From an uncultured Dehalococcoidales bacterium (GTDB taxonomy: Bacteria > Chloroflexota > Dehalococcoidia > GIF9 > AB-539-J10): DNA of 50,436 nucleotides. This document shows positions 18,005 through 27,417 of this stretch, piece after piece. Position 1 is the stretch's first letter. Every line of letters starts with the position of its first letter. Both the position numbers and the translations under genes were made by a program. The stretch lies in NCBI GenBank assembly GCA_964345725.1, contig CAYFSE010000098.1:1-50436 (forward strand), written 5' to 3'. A model generated the notes under the pieces. That model was not told the origin of the DNA. It saw only the letters and a list, made by a program, of their open reading frames with translations, and did no database searches.

Positions 18005-18213
18005 CTCGCCGGGTCCTAGGGAGGCAGTGAGTCGGAGTTTTCGCTGGGTTTGATCTTCGTCGGAGTAAGAGTGGAACTATGCTTCCGAGACCTTCTGGCT
18101 GGGATTTGAGCTAAAATCAGAGCGTCACTGGCCGACCCAGGTGTATGGTAAAATAGGCGCGGTTTATTGCCCCCTTTGAACTGCTTGGATAAGATCTTCA
18201 TTCGGAGGTATAT

Positions 18214-19509
18214 GTGATCTACTGGGCTCAGCTATTACATTTCTACCAGCCGCCGACCCAGGTGCCCTCGGTCCTAAAACGGATATGCGACGAGTCTTAC
18301 CGCCCTTTACTTCAAGTCTTTGAGGAGTTCCCCAACGCTCGGGTAACCATAAACTTCAACGGGGTTCTGACTGATATGTTGATGGACTGCGGCCATAAAG
18401 ATGTAATCGATGGCTTGAGAGGCCTTGCTGAGAACGGTCAGATTGAATTCACTGGAACCGGCAAGTATCACCCTATTCTTCCCCTAATACCCAGTGAGGA
18501 AGCAAAGAGGCAAATAGACCTGAACACACAGACAAATCGCCACTTCTTTGGAAAGGCATATGCACCTGCAGGTTTCTTTCCTCCAGAGATGTGCTATAGC
18601 CGTGACATCCTGGAGCCTATCGTCAAGTCTGGTTATCGCTGGACCATCCTGAGTGGTATTGCCTGTCCCGCGGAATGGCCTCTAGATATTGTCTACAGTG
18701 CAGAGTGTGCTGGACAGGAGATAGCAGTCCTCCTTCGTGACGACGTGCTCAGCAACAAAATAAGCTTTCAAGATTTGGGGCCCAAGGAATTCATCGCTCA
18801 CCTAGAGAACTGGCAGGGTCAAAAAGAGAATATCTATGTGGTCACGGCTATGGATGCCGAGACTTATGGCCACCATATCCAGGGCTGGGAGAGAACGTTC
18901 TTGGCCAAGGTTTACGAGGAATTAGAACCGTCTGTGGAGTCCTTCGAAGAGGTCAAGCAAGCCAAGATACTAGCCGGACAGCATGCCGCTTTCTTGGCGA
19001 ATGGCGAAGCTACTGGCAAGATACAGATGGTCACCATCAGTCAGCTCCTTGATTTGTTTCCACGAGGCCACCCCATAGAACCCAGGCCATCCTCCTGGAG
19101 CACCTCAATGGAAGACATGGAAGCCGGCAATTATTACCCTCTATGGCAGGACAGGAACAACGAAGTGCACAGCCTTCAGTGGGAGCACCTTGGTATATGC
19201 ATTGAATTGGTAAACCAAGCGCTCAGGTGTGCTGATAATGAAGAAAGCCAGCACTCTGCCGCCATCGCCCGGCGACTGCTTGATCGGGCTGAACATAGCT
19301 GCCAGATGTGGTGGGCCAGCAACCGCCCTATGTGGGACATCAACCTAATCCACATGGGATTGCTCGATCAACTACGAACCATCGTTAACGCTTACCGGGC
19401 TATAAATAAGAGCGGGGCCAGTGAGGAGATAAAACGAGAATATTATTACCGCACTGTTGCCGCCAGGAATATTAGAAACAAACTGGAAGATAGGCTATTT
19501 GTGCAATAG
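18214..19509 (+). CDS. Glycoside hydrolase family 57 protein (paralog 1)
   Basis: 431-aa ORF with GH57 conserved regions LHFYQPP, GQIEFT, FFPPEMC (candidate nucleophile Glu), AMDAETYGHH (candidate acid/base Asp) and CQMWWAS. GTG start with GGAGG 5 nt upstream. Confidence 0.85.
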   Translation: MIYWAQLLHFYQPPTQVPSVLKRICDESYRPLLQVFEEFPNARVTINFNGVLTDMLMDCGHKDVIDGLRGLAENGQIEFTGTGKYHPILPLIPSEEAKRQIDLNTQTNRHFFGKAYAPAGFFPPEMCYSRDILEPIVKSGYRWTILSGIACPAEWPLDIVYSAECAGQEIAVLLRDDVLSNKISFQDLGPKEFIAHLENWQGQKENIYVVTAMDAETYGHHIQGWERTFLAKVYEELEPSVESFEEVKQAKILAGQHAAFLANGEATGKIQMVTISQLLDLFPRGHPIEPRPSSWSTSMEDMEAGNYYPLWQDRNNEVHSLQWEHLGICIELVNQALRCADNEESQHSAAIARRLLDRAEHSCQMWWASNRPMWDINLIHMGLLDQLRTIVNAYRAINKSGASEEIKREYYYRTVAARNIRNKLEDRLFVQ

Positions 19510-19526
19510 CGGCGGCGAGTAGCACT

Positions 19527-20756
19527 ATGTACTGGAGTAATTTCCTTCACATCTATCAACCCCCAACCCAGAGTGAGGAGATAGTCCGCAAGGTTACCGG
19601 GGAGAGCTATCGAACGCTGGTGCGAATTTTGAGAGAAGCACCTGGAGGCAAGATCACCCTCAACATAAGTGCTGTCCTCACAGAACAACTCGCCAGATAC
19701 GGGCTTGACGATGTGATTCAAGGTCTTCGTGAACTAGCCGAGCGCGGCCAGATTGAATTCACCGGGAGCGCCATGTATCATCCCATCCTGCCCCTTATTC
19801 CCAGAGAAGAGGTCATCAGGCAGATCAAGCTCAATACTGAGATCAATCAGCGTTACTTTGGAGAAGTCTACAGACCGACAGGCTTTTTCCCCCCTGAGAT
19901 GTGCTACAGTCACGAAGTAGCCCAAACCGTGTCTGAGCTTGGCTTTCGCTGGATAATCGTGGACGAAATCTCGTTTAGCGGTAAGATCGGGTCTGCTAAA
20001 TGCGACCGGACCTATAACGTAGAAGGACTTGGAGATTTCCTGGTGTTCTTCAAGGAACGACCCTTCAGTGCCCGCATTACCTATGGAACATATCCCTCAG
20101 CAGAACCCTTTCTGGCAGCTCTGAAGGGACGGCTGGAAGAACATAGCTATCTTCTCACGGGCACGGATGGCGAAGTGTACGGACATCATCGCCCGGGGCA
20201 GGAAAAGCTGCTCTCCGAGGTATTTGCCAGACAAAACCCAAAGACATGCACCATCTCGGACCTCATCAAGGATTTCGGTCAGGTGGATACCGTCAATCCA
20301 CTTCCTTCTTCTTGGAGCACCTGGGAAGATGAGATGGCACAGGGCATACCTTATCCTCAGTGGCACTACCCGGGGCATGAGCTGCACAAACTACAGTGGC
20401 AGCTAACCGATTTTGTCTTGCGCACTATTAATGAAGCTCCGCAGAGAGCGCCTAGATTTCCCGAGGCACGCAGACTTCTAGATGAGGGACTTCATAGCTG
20501 TCAATACTGGTGGGCCAGTTGCCGGCCGTGGTGGAGTGTGGAAATGGTTGAGTGGGGTGCCCACAAGCTATACCAGGCTGTGGACGCGTTGGGGGATGCC
20601 ATTGACAGGAAACACATAGGGGAAGCCAGTGACCTGTTTCAGGCTGTGGTGAGCAAGGCCAAGGAATGGCAGGAATCGGGGCAAGCTCGGCGCCTGAAGC
20701 TCAAATATGGAAAGGAGCACCCCGAGGTTTCCACGGAACTTACATTTGGGGGTTAG
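19527..20756 (+). CDS. Glycoside hydrolase family 57 protein (paralog 2)
   Basis: 409-aa ORF with LHIYQPP, GQIEFT, FFPPEMC, GTDGEVYGHH and CQYWWAS. It looks about half identical to paralog 1 by eye. The gap to paralog 1 is 17 bp. Confidence 0.85.
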   Translation: MYWSNFLHIYQPPTQSEEIVRKVTGESYRTLVRILREAPGGKITLNISAVLTEQLARYGLDDVIQGLRELAERGQIEFTGSAMYHPILPLIPREEVIRQIKLNTEINQRYFGEVYRPTGFFPPEMCYSHEVAQTVSELGFRWIIVDEISFSGKIGSAKCDRTYNVEGLGDFLVFFKERPFSARITYGTYPSAEPFLAALKGRLEEHSYLLTGTDGEVYGHHRPGQEKLLSEVFARQNPKTCTISDLIKDFGQVDTVNPLPSSWSTWEDEMAQGIPYPQWHYPGHELHKLQWQLTDFVLRTINEAPQRAPRFPEARRLLDEGLHSCQYWWASCRPWWSVEMVEWGAHKLYQAVDALGDAIDRKHIGEASDLFQAVVSKAKEWQESGQARRLKLKYGKEHPEVSTELTFGG

Positions 20757-20768
20757 GAAGAAACTGCT

Positions 20769-22658
20769 ATGAAGCGCGTTTACGTTATTCTTGCCTTTCA
20801 TGCCCATGAGCCGCTGTGGGACTTGCCCAACGAGCTTATTGCCCTGGTGGATGATCCCGAGATGCGCGATGCCATTCGAGGGGAGAACTATGTTCTGAAA
20901 AGGGCGAGAGAAGAACGTGATATATACGCTCACATGATGCAAATGGCAGAATCACTGGAGGCTCCGGTAGCACTGGATGCCACCAACGAACTTCTGGTGC
21001 AATTAGCATGGTACATACCGGAGACATTTCACGACCTGGCAGCGGGTTACAAAAGCGGCAGCATATATCCGCTATACACGCATGCTCACCATACCCACGT
21101 CGCTTTACTTACTTCCGATGAGATAGCGGATGAAATCCGTCTCAATGTGGAGCTGCTACACAAGGTGATGGGCATCCCTGAGCCAAAACATCGAGGGGCG
21201 TTTCCCACCGAGGGCTCTGTGGACGCAGTCAAGCTAGCTGCCTATAAAGACACAGGAATGGAGTACATCGTCTTTCCTCACCTGGCCGACCGCAAGGCAC
21301 ACTTCGCTGTGCATGGCGAACGCGATATCCAGTACGGTGCCTTTTCGGTGGGCCCTGATATGCTGGCGCTACCTCGCCACTTCCCAGTCTCTCAACACAT
21401 CTGGCGACCTATAACGCGTTATGACCCCCAAGGTGTGAAGAATCAGGGGTATATTCTGGGGAAGTACTGGGTCTTTGCCGAAGAATATCGAAACAAGGTT
21501 TACGTTCCCTTCCCCATACCCTGGGAAGAGGCGGTAGCCGAGTACACCGCAGTGCTGGAAGACGCACTGACGGAGATGCCTGACCGGGGCCTAATCCTCT
21601 ACATACAGGATCTGGAACTCATGGACTTCGGTGATATCGCCCTGCGGTTAATGGAACAGGCTTGGAAGAATGTAATAAGCAAGAAGACCGCCAAGGTGCA
21701 TTTTGTGACTCCCGATGATTATTTGGAGAGCTTAGGCGATATAGCGAAGCTGCCCCGTGTTCGCTTGCACCAACTCTCGTGGGCCCCTGAAATACGCCCA
21801 GTTCTCCGCTGTGACGGTCACTATCCACCACTTAATGCCGGTAAGTTCAAAAAGGTAGATCTCGAAGACACAGTTTTCAGACGCTTACCGTTCGTCTTCT
21901 GGGAGCCTGGTCGTTTCCTCATAAATATCTACGGGGCAATCCTGGACGCCTTTGGCATTCCCAGAAAATTAGCTGTAGATGCAGCCTTGCTCCACGATAC
22001 CAGATATGCTATTCCTCGCTTTGATTTCAAAGAGCAACTGGCCTTGCACTATCGACTGATGAAGCGAGCCTGCAACTGGGGCTGGCGGCCTGAAGAAGGA
22101 CGCCAGAAACGGCCCTTCCTACACGGTTATCGCCTCTCAGAGCTTCTTCTAGGGACTACACCTGAGGATAGTGCCTTTGCTGGCACCAGATATGTCCACC
22201 CCGAAGATGCTACCTATATCGGAGCGGAACAGATCCTGGAATTCCTTCTTGACACCCGATTTGATTACCTCAGAATCGGAATTGAGAATGGTCTTGCCGG
22301 TGAGCAAAAAGAATCAGCCCTGCTGGAAATCAAGCGGGGACAGAGTCATCGTGCTATCGCAACCGAATTTATCAACCGCGCGCTGGAAGCGAGCCGTTCC
22401 GTTCAATCGGCAACGACTCCAAACGGAAAGGGGGAAGCGTTGGATCGCCTTATTCGAGAGTTAAAAGGATACTGTCGAGAGATGTTCGTCGCCACCGACC
22501 ATATACAGCGTACCTGGGGTTACATCAGTGATGTGGATTCCATGCTGGTCACCATGTATCAGCACCTATACGAGATTTATCCCCCGAAGTTTCCAAAGAT
22601 GTTCAGGGAGCTTCTGCCCGAGGAGTGGAAAGCAAGGCAAAGACCCAGGCTGGCCTGA
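20769..22658 (+). CDS. Divergent GH57-like protein (629 aa)
   Basis: AFHAHEPLW replaces the HxxQP region. FPTEGS and IQDLELMDFGD occupy the positions of the nucleophile and acid/base regions, and ACNWGW that of region 5. There is a long C-terminal extension. The gap to paralog 2 is 12 bp. Confidence 0.7.
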   Translation: MKRVYVILAFHAHEPLWDLPNELIALVDDPEMRDAIRGENYVLKRAREERDIYAHMMQMAESLEAPVALDATNELLVQLAWYIPETFHDLAAGYKSGSIYPLYTHAHHTHVALLTSDEIADEIRLNVELLHKVMGIPEPKHRGAFPTEGSVDAVKLAAYKDTGMEYIVFPHLADRKAHFAVHGERDIQYGAFSVGPDMLALPRHFPVSQHIWRPITRYDPQGVKNQGYILGKYWVFAEEYRNKVYVPFPIPWEEAVAEYTAVLEDALTEMPDRGLILYIQDLELMDFGDIALRLMEQAWKNVISKKTAKVHFVTPDDYLESLGDIAKLPRVRLHQLSWAPEIRPVLRCDGHYPPLNAGKFKKVDLEDTVFRRLPFVFWEPGRFLINIYGAILDAFGIPRKLAVDAALLHDTRYAIPRFDFKEQLALHYRLMKRACNWGWRPEEGRQKRPFLHGYRLSELLLGTTPEDSAFAGTRYVHPEDATYIGAEQILEFLLDTRFDYLRIGIENGLAGEQKESALLEIKRGQSHRAIATEFINRALEASRSVQSATTPNGKGEALDRLIRELKGYCREMFVATDHIQRTWGYISDVDSMLVTMYQHLYEIYPPKFPKMFRELLPEEWKARQRPRLA

Positions 22659-22693
22659 TTCAGGCAAATCCCTGGTGGAACCCTGAGATTCTC

Positions 22694-23011
22694 TTACAGT
22701 TTACCTTCTAGAAAAGAAATCCTCTTTGCTACTGTCTGGCTGGCTTGTATGCGGGATATGGCCTTGCCCAAGTCGTTGGCTAACTTCTGATCCCCCACCA
22801 CCTCCTTGACCCAGTTGCTGAAATCATTCCTCCCCTCACTCAAATGATAATGGAAAGTCTCATCACTCATGTCGTTTAAAGCTTCTTTAAGCTCCCCCAG
22901 GTTCTTAATAGTCCTGCCGTCATGACACCAGAAGCGTTTGTCATCCAACACGTCCCCTAAACGTCTCCCCGCTTCCTCCCTGCTAATCCTGACAATCTTG
23001 ACCATGCTCAC
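22694..23011 (-). CDS. Small stand-alone NDFSNW-domain protein (DUF5752-like, from memory)
   Basis: 105-aa ORF: FWCHDGRTIKNLGELKEALNDMSDETFHYHLSEGRNDFSNWVKEVVGDQKLANDL. The same domain pattern occurs twice in the C-terminus of the MscS protein at 30161-31537. Confidence 0.6.
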   Translation of the reverse strand: MSMVKIVRISREEAGRRLGDVLDDKRFWCHDGRTIKNLGELKEALNDMSDETFHYHLSEGRNDFSNWVKEVVGDQKLANDLGKAISRIQASQTVAKRISFLEGKL

Positions 23012-23129
23012 ACACCTCCTGATTTGATACCATCCTCACATTATACCACGTAGCACGGCAATTCCTGAACCAGAATCAAGCAGAGTTCCAGAACATAATG
23101 AACACTGTTTACCCCCGAACCTAAGGTTA

Positions 23130-23810
23130 CTAGTCCAAAATCCGCTTCACAGCTTTTCGGTTTGCATAAACCAGAAGCCGGTCTCTTTCCAAGATCTTCT
23201 CCTCCTTATCCGGCCTGGCTAAGTAAGTAGCGGCTCTGTCTATACCAAGGATCTCTATGTCCCCTTCCGCGGTGATATCGGTCACAGATTGGCCGATGAT
23301 GTTCGAGCCTTTCTTTACCATGACAAGACTAATAGCCCAGTCCTTCTCTACATGGAATATTTCCTCAGCCGCCGGAGCTGCTCCAAGAATTCGGTTCACA
23401 ATTGGCCTTTGCAGCCAGTCAACAATCCGCTGGCCAACATTGCTTCTTATAATCAGTTGATACAGGCCGACTATGCCCCCAACTATTATAGCCAGGCGAA
23501 TGAAAAACCAGGTGTAACCACCTACCTGCGTGAAAGACGCCACTAAGGTAGCAATCACGGTGACCGTGCCGGCATTTCCGAGTATAATAAGAACGGTTAC
23601 AATTCTGCGCCTGGTTCTGTGTCCCACCACTCGTTCGGCTTCTCTGGTCGTGAAGCCTGTCCCTGAGAAAGCAGACAGTGCCTGAAATCTAGCTACTTCC
23701 GGTTCTATTCCTGTGAGCTGTAGGGCAAAGCCTCCAATTCGGACGATGATGAAAGAAATCAGAATAGTTATCAACAAGATTCCTACGTAAGCCATACTCG
23801 ATACCTCCAA
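23130..23810 (-). CDS. Membrane protein with one Trk/Ktr-like pore-loop unit plus a C-terminal TrkA-C (RCK_C) domain
   Basis: 226-aa ORF. It has a TM helix, then FQALSAFSGTGFTT (similar to the KtrB/TrkH filter segment FHxxSAFNNAGFS), more TM helices, and an RCK_C-like segment SLVMVKKGSNIIGQSVTDI...ILERDRLLVYA. Confidence 0.7.
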   Translation of the reverse strand: MEVSSMAYVGILLITILISFIIVRIGGFALQLTGIEPEVARFQALSAFSGTGFTTREAERVVGHRTRRRIVTVLIILGNAGTVTVIATLVASFTQVGGYTWFFIRLAIIVGGIVGLYQLIIRSNVGQRIVDWLQRPIVNRILGAAPAAEEIFHVEKDWAISLVMVKKGSNIIGQSVTDITAEGDIEILGIDRAATYLARPDKEEKILERDRLLVYANRKAVKRILD

Positions 23811-23920
23811 CTCAGGCTACTCTCATGCACGGATGGCACCGCCTGTGTATAGGGTTGCGAGTGCCCAATCCCTTCACCCTTCAGTTCAGATGCCAGAGAC
23901 ATATGCTTCATTCAGTAACC

Positions 23921-24898
23921 TTAGAACCACCTCCTCCTCTTGAAATAGACTGCCAGAGAAATACCTATTACTGCCATTACAATCAAGATGACAAAGTACC
24001 CGTACGTCCACTGTAGCTCCGGCATATTTGCGAAGTTCATGCCGTAGATGCCGACAATGAACGTCAGCGGGATGAAGATTGTGGCTATGAGTGTTAGCAC
24101 CTTCATTACCTCGTTCATACGGTTGGACACTGAAGAAAGATAAGTGCTCAGTACGCTCTCAGCCATATCTCTGAGACCAAGAGTGAGCATCTCAATCCGC
24201 ACCAGATGGTCATAAATGTTGCGGTAATAGATTTGAGCTCGCTCGCTTATGAAAGGATAATCGCCGCGGCTCAGTCCGTTCATTATTTCACGCTGGGGCA
24301 ACGTGACCCGCGTCAACGCCAGCACGCTGCGTTTGACCTGCATGATTGATGTCAGTGTTTCCCTCTTCGGCTCGTGAAGTGCCTCGGCCTCAAGCCGATC
24401 ATTCTCTTCATCGATCCCATTGATAGTAGGCATAATATTGTCGACCAAGGCATCAATCAGGTCGTGAGCCAAGAAATCTGCCCCCCTGCGCATAGGACGC
24501 CCGTCTTTTCGAACGCGATCCAGTACGGATGAAACTGACCTCATCGGTATGTCATGGCTGGTGACGACGTAGTTCTTTCCCAGAAAGAGAGCGAGCTCTG
24601 TGGTCTCCACTACCTCAGATTCAATATGATAATTGATGCCGTGAACGATAATGAATACGTATTGCTCGAAGTCGTCTATCTTGGGTGGATGTATATTCTT
24701 GCTAGTGCAGTCTGCCACTGCCAGAGGGTGAAAACAGAATACATTGGATAGTAACTCGGCATCCTCATTCGTCAAGTCTTCCATATCAAGCCAGAGCAGT
24801 CCCTCCCCAGTTGCCAGACAGTCCCTGACTTGGTCTATATTTAACTGGTCCAAGAGTTTCCCATCCGGTGCCATATAGCAGGCACACCGTATCATCAT
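23921..24898 (-). CDS. corA: Magnesium/cobalt transporter CorA
   Basis: 325-aa ORF with two C-terminal TM helices and the YGMNF signature (IVGIYGMNFANMPEL). Confidence 0.9.
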   Translation of the reverse strand: MMIRCACYMAPDGKLLDQLNIDQVRDCLATGEGLLWLDMEDLTNEDAELLSNVFCFHPLAVADCTSKNIHPPKIDDFEQYVFIIVHGINYHIESEVVETTELALFLGKNYVVTSHDIPMRSVSSVLDRVRKDGRPMRRGADFLAHDLIDALVDNIMPTINGIDEENDRLEAEALHEPKRETLTSIMQVKRSVLALTRVTLPQREIMNGLSRGDYPFISERAQIYYRNIYDHLVRIEMLTLGLRDMAESVLSTYLSSVSNRMNEVMKVLTLIATIFIPLTFIVGIYGMNFANMPELQWTYGYFVILIVMAVIGISLAVYFKRRRWF

Positions 24899-25047
24899 CG
24901 CCTCCTTAGACTTCGCGAAAGTCGCTCAATACCAGATACTGCCGGAAGGAATGTCACCAGGCTCATTTGAACTCAGTGTTTGTTTGCCACCATTTCAGCC
25001 TGCACAGAAAGAATGTTGCTATTAATATAATACCATAAGTCATATTC

Positions 25048-25056
25048 TGCTATAAT
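25048..25056 (+). promoter_or_regulatory. Candidate extended -10 promoter element (TGCTATAAT) upstream of glgP
   Basis: Perfect TGnTATAAT about 100 nt upstream of the glgP ATG, in the AT-rich divergent corA/glgP intergenic region. The opposite strand carries TGGTATTAT, a candidate element for corA. Confidence 0.4.
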
Positions 25057-25155
25057 ACGACCTTTGTCTGGCTTTAGAAGGACTCGACTGTTATCTGCTG
25101 GGGGAGTCATGGTGGAGATACTCAGCTAGCATAGCAACGAAGGTGAGAGAAGGAA

Positions 25156-27309
25156 ATGGATGAGCAATCGGGAAGAACATATGCGGGAGGAAGACTACCG
25201 GAACGAATAGGTCGACTGGAGGAGCTAGCTAGTAATCTCTGGTGGAGCTGGCATCCCCAAGCGCGTGCCTTGTTCCGGACCTTGGATTATCCGCTATGGA
25301 GACTAGGCGGGCATAACCCGGTCAAACAGTTACGCGAGATCAGCACCGATAAGTTAGTAGCGGCCGCCGCTGATCCTGTTTTTCTTCGTTCATATGACTC
25401 TGTGATGACAGCCTTCGATTCTGAAATGTCAGAGGAGGATAGCTGGTTTTCTAGCCAGTATGCTGATGTCCTAGACGGCCCTGTCGCTTACTTCTCAATG
25501 GAGTTCGCCATACATAACTCCCTTCCTATATATGCCGGAGGGCTCGGAGTCTTGGCCGGCGACATGTGCAAGGAAGCAAGTGACATCGGGCTGCCTTTGG
25601 TTGGAGTTGGCTTCATGTACCCCCAAGGGTATTTCCACCAGCATATTTCGGCTGAGGGCTGGCAGGAGGAAGTCTATCAGCAATTGAATTTTGATGAAGC
25701 GCCTATCAGACCCGTCAATCCGGTCCATCGTTCTGAGTGGTGCGGCCCTCTGGTTCAGGTTAACCTGGGTGATAGGGCGCTTCATATCGGTGTGTGGCAG
25801 GTACGGGTGGGACGCGTCAACCTCTATCTGCTATGTTGTGATGTCGAAGGAAATATGCCTCAGGACCAACAGCTATGTGCCCGTCTCTACACTGCTGACC
25901 AGGAGCAGCGCATCCAGCAAGAAATTGTGCTGGGAATTGGCGGCGTGCATGTCCTGCGAGCCTTGGGCATCAAGCCCTCCGTGTGGCATGCCAACGAAGG
26001 ACACTGTGCCTTCATGATGCTCGAGCGCGTCCGCGAAGAGATGGAAACAGGGGCTAGCTTCACTGAAGCCCTCCGAAAAGTCCAGGCGGCTACCATTTTC
26101 ACCACTCATACGCCAGTTGCTGCGGGCACTGATATATTTCCCATCCCCCTCGTAGAGAAATATTTTCACAGCTATTGGGAGTCCCTGGGAATCAGGCGGG
26201 AAACATTCTTGGAACTGGGCCGACAGGATGGCGCAGCCGACCAGGTTTTCAATATGACCATACTCGCCCTTAAAATGGCTGACCGCCGCAATGCTGTTAG
26301 CCAGATACACGGAAAGATCAGCAGAGGCATGTGGCATGGACTCTGGCCCAAAGCCAACGAAGATGAGGTACCCATTTCTCATATTACCAATGGCATCCAT
26401 GCACCTACATGGATTGCTCGGGAGATCGGTGACCTCTACCAGAAACATTTGGGGCATGATGTGTCAAGAAGATACGATGATCCCGCTCTACACAGACTTG
26501 TGCTAAACATCCCCGACGAGGAAATCTGGTCAGCGCATCAACTTCTTAAGCGCAAGCTTGTCGGTGCCATGATGGAACGCGCACGGGAATGTTCCACTGA
26601 ACGTGAATGCAAAGCCCGGCAGGTGATGGCTATGGGCTCTCTGATTAACCCTGACGTCCTAACCATCGGCTTCGTCCGCCGTTTTGCTGCGTACAAGCGG
26701 CCAGAGCTGATCTTTCATGATTTAGAACGCCTCAAGCGCATTGTCACTGACAGATGGCACCCGGTCCAGATAATCTTCGCTGGGAAGTCTCATCCCGCCG
26801 ATCTTCCTTCTAAGCAGCTGCTTCACGATGTGTATACTCTGGCTATGGACCGCGAATTTCAAGGACGAATAGCTTTTGTGGAAGATTACGATATACATAT
26901 GGCTCACTATCTGGTTCAGGGTGTCGATGTATGGTTGAATACGCCTCGCCGTCATTATGAAGCTTGCGGTACCAGTGGCATGAAGGCAGCAGTGAATGGT
27001 GTCCTGCATCTCAGTGTTCGGGATGGCTGGTGGAAGGAAGGCTATAATGGCGCCAATGGCTGGGCCACTGGTGATGAGAGCGAGACTTATGAGCCAATGG
27101 CGGAAGACACGTCAGATGCCGAAGCAATATATAGTCTTCTAGAAGAACAAATTGTGCCTCTCTATTACCAGCGTGATAGGAATGGAGTGCCCCATGACTG
27201 GGTGCGTATGATCAAAGAGGCAATCAACTCGACCGTGCCTCGCTTCTGCGCACGACGCATGCTCAAGGAATATATCGGGCAAATGTATATGCCGGCGACC
27301 CGCAAGTAG
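25156..27309 (+). CDS. glgP: Alpha-glucan phosphorylase (GT35, short alpha-glucan family type)
   Basis: 717-aa ORF. The N-terminal pattern is LASNLWWSWHP...LF..LD..LW, with GGLGVLAGD and the C-terminal motifs EACGTSGMKAAVNG. Confidence 0.9.
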   Translation: MDEQSGRTYAGGRLPERIGRLEELASNLWWSWHPQARALFRTLDYPLWRLGGHNPVKQLREISTDKLVAAAADPVFLRSYDSVMTAFDSEMSEEDSWFSSQYADVLDGPVAYFSMEFAIHNSLPIYAGGLGVLAGDMCKEASDIGLPLVGVGFMYPQGYFHQHISAEGWQEEVYQQLNFDEAPIRPVNPVHRSEWCGPLVQVNLGDRALHIGVWQVRVGRVNLYLLCCDVEGNMPQDQQLCARLYTADQEQRIQQEIVLGIGGVHVLRALGIKPSVWHANEGHCAFMMLERVREEMETGASFTEALRKVQAATIFTTHTPVAAGTDIFPIPLVEKYFHSYWESLGIRRETFLELGRQDGAADQVFNMTILALKMADRRNAVSQIHGKISRGMWHGLWPKANEDEVPISHITNGIHAPTWIAREIGDLYQKHLGHDVSRRYDDPALHRLVLNIPDEEIWSAHQLLKRKLVGAMMERARECSTERECKARQVMAMGSLINPDVLTIGFVRRFAAYKRPELIFHDLERLKRIVTDRWHPVQIIFAGKSHPADLPSKQLLHDVYTLAMDREFQGRIAFVEDYDIHMAHYLVQGVDVWLNTPRRHYEACGTSGMKAAVNGVLHLSVRDGWWKEGYNGANGWATGDESETYEPMAEDTSDAEAIYSLLEEQIVPLYYQRDRNGVPHDWVRMIKEAINSTVPRFCARRMLKEYIGQMYMPATRK

Positions 27310-27417
27310 AATTGACCCGATGCATGAGCACAATCGAGCGGGATTAGACACGCTATTCGGGACGAGTTAAAATGTATTTAATCATGAAATTAGCTGATAA
27401 TGAAAGGTAAGGCGTAG

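Noticed and set aside
18005-18213. Possible small RNA or tRNA in the 209-bp mutL-GH57 spacer, including the 61-aa minus-strand ORF at 18016-18201.
   Set aside because: There is no cloverleaf-compatible sequence or T-loop (GGTTCGA-type) motif. The ORF has no SD and a low-complexity translation. The region more simply holds the GH57 operon promoter (TGGTAAAAT at 18146-18154) and SD.
24899-25050. M-box (Mg2+) riboswitch in the corA leader.
   Set aside because: The leader of about 120 nt has only a short palindrome (GACTT-CGCGA-AAGTC) next to the SD. I could not recognise the conserved M-box core by eye. It needs a covariance-model scan before any claim.
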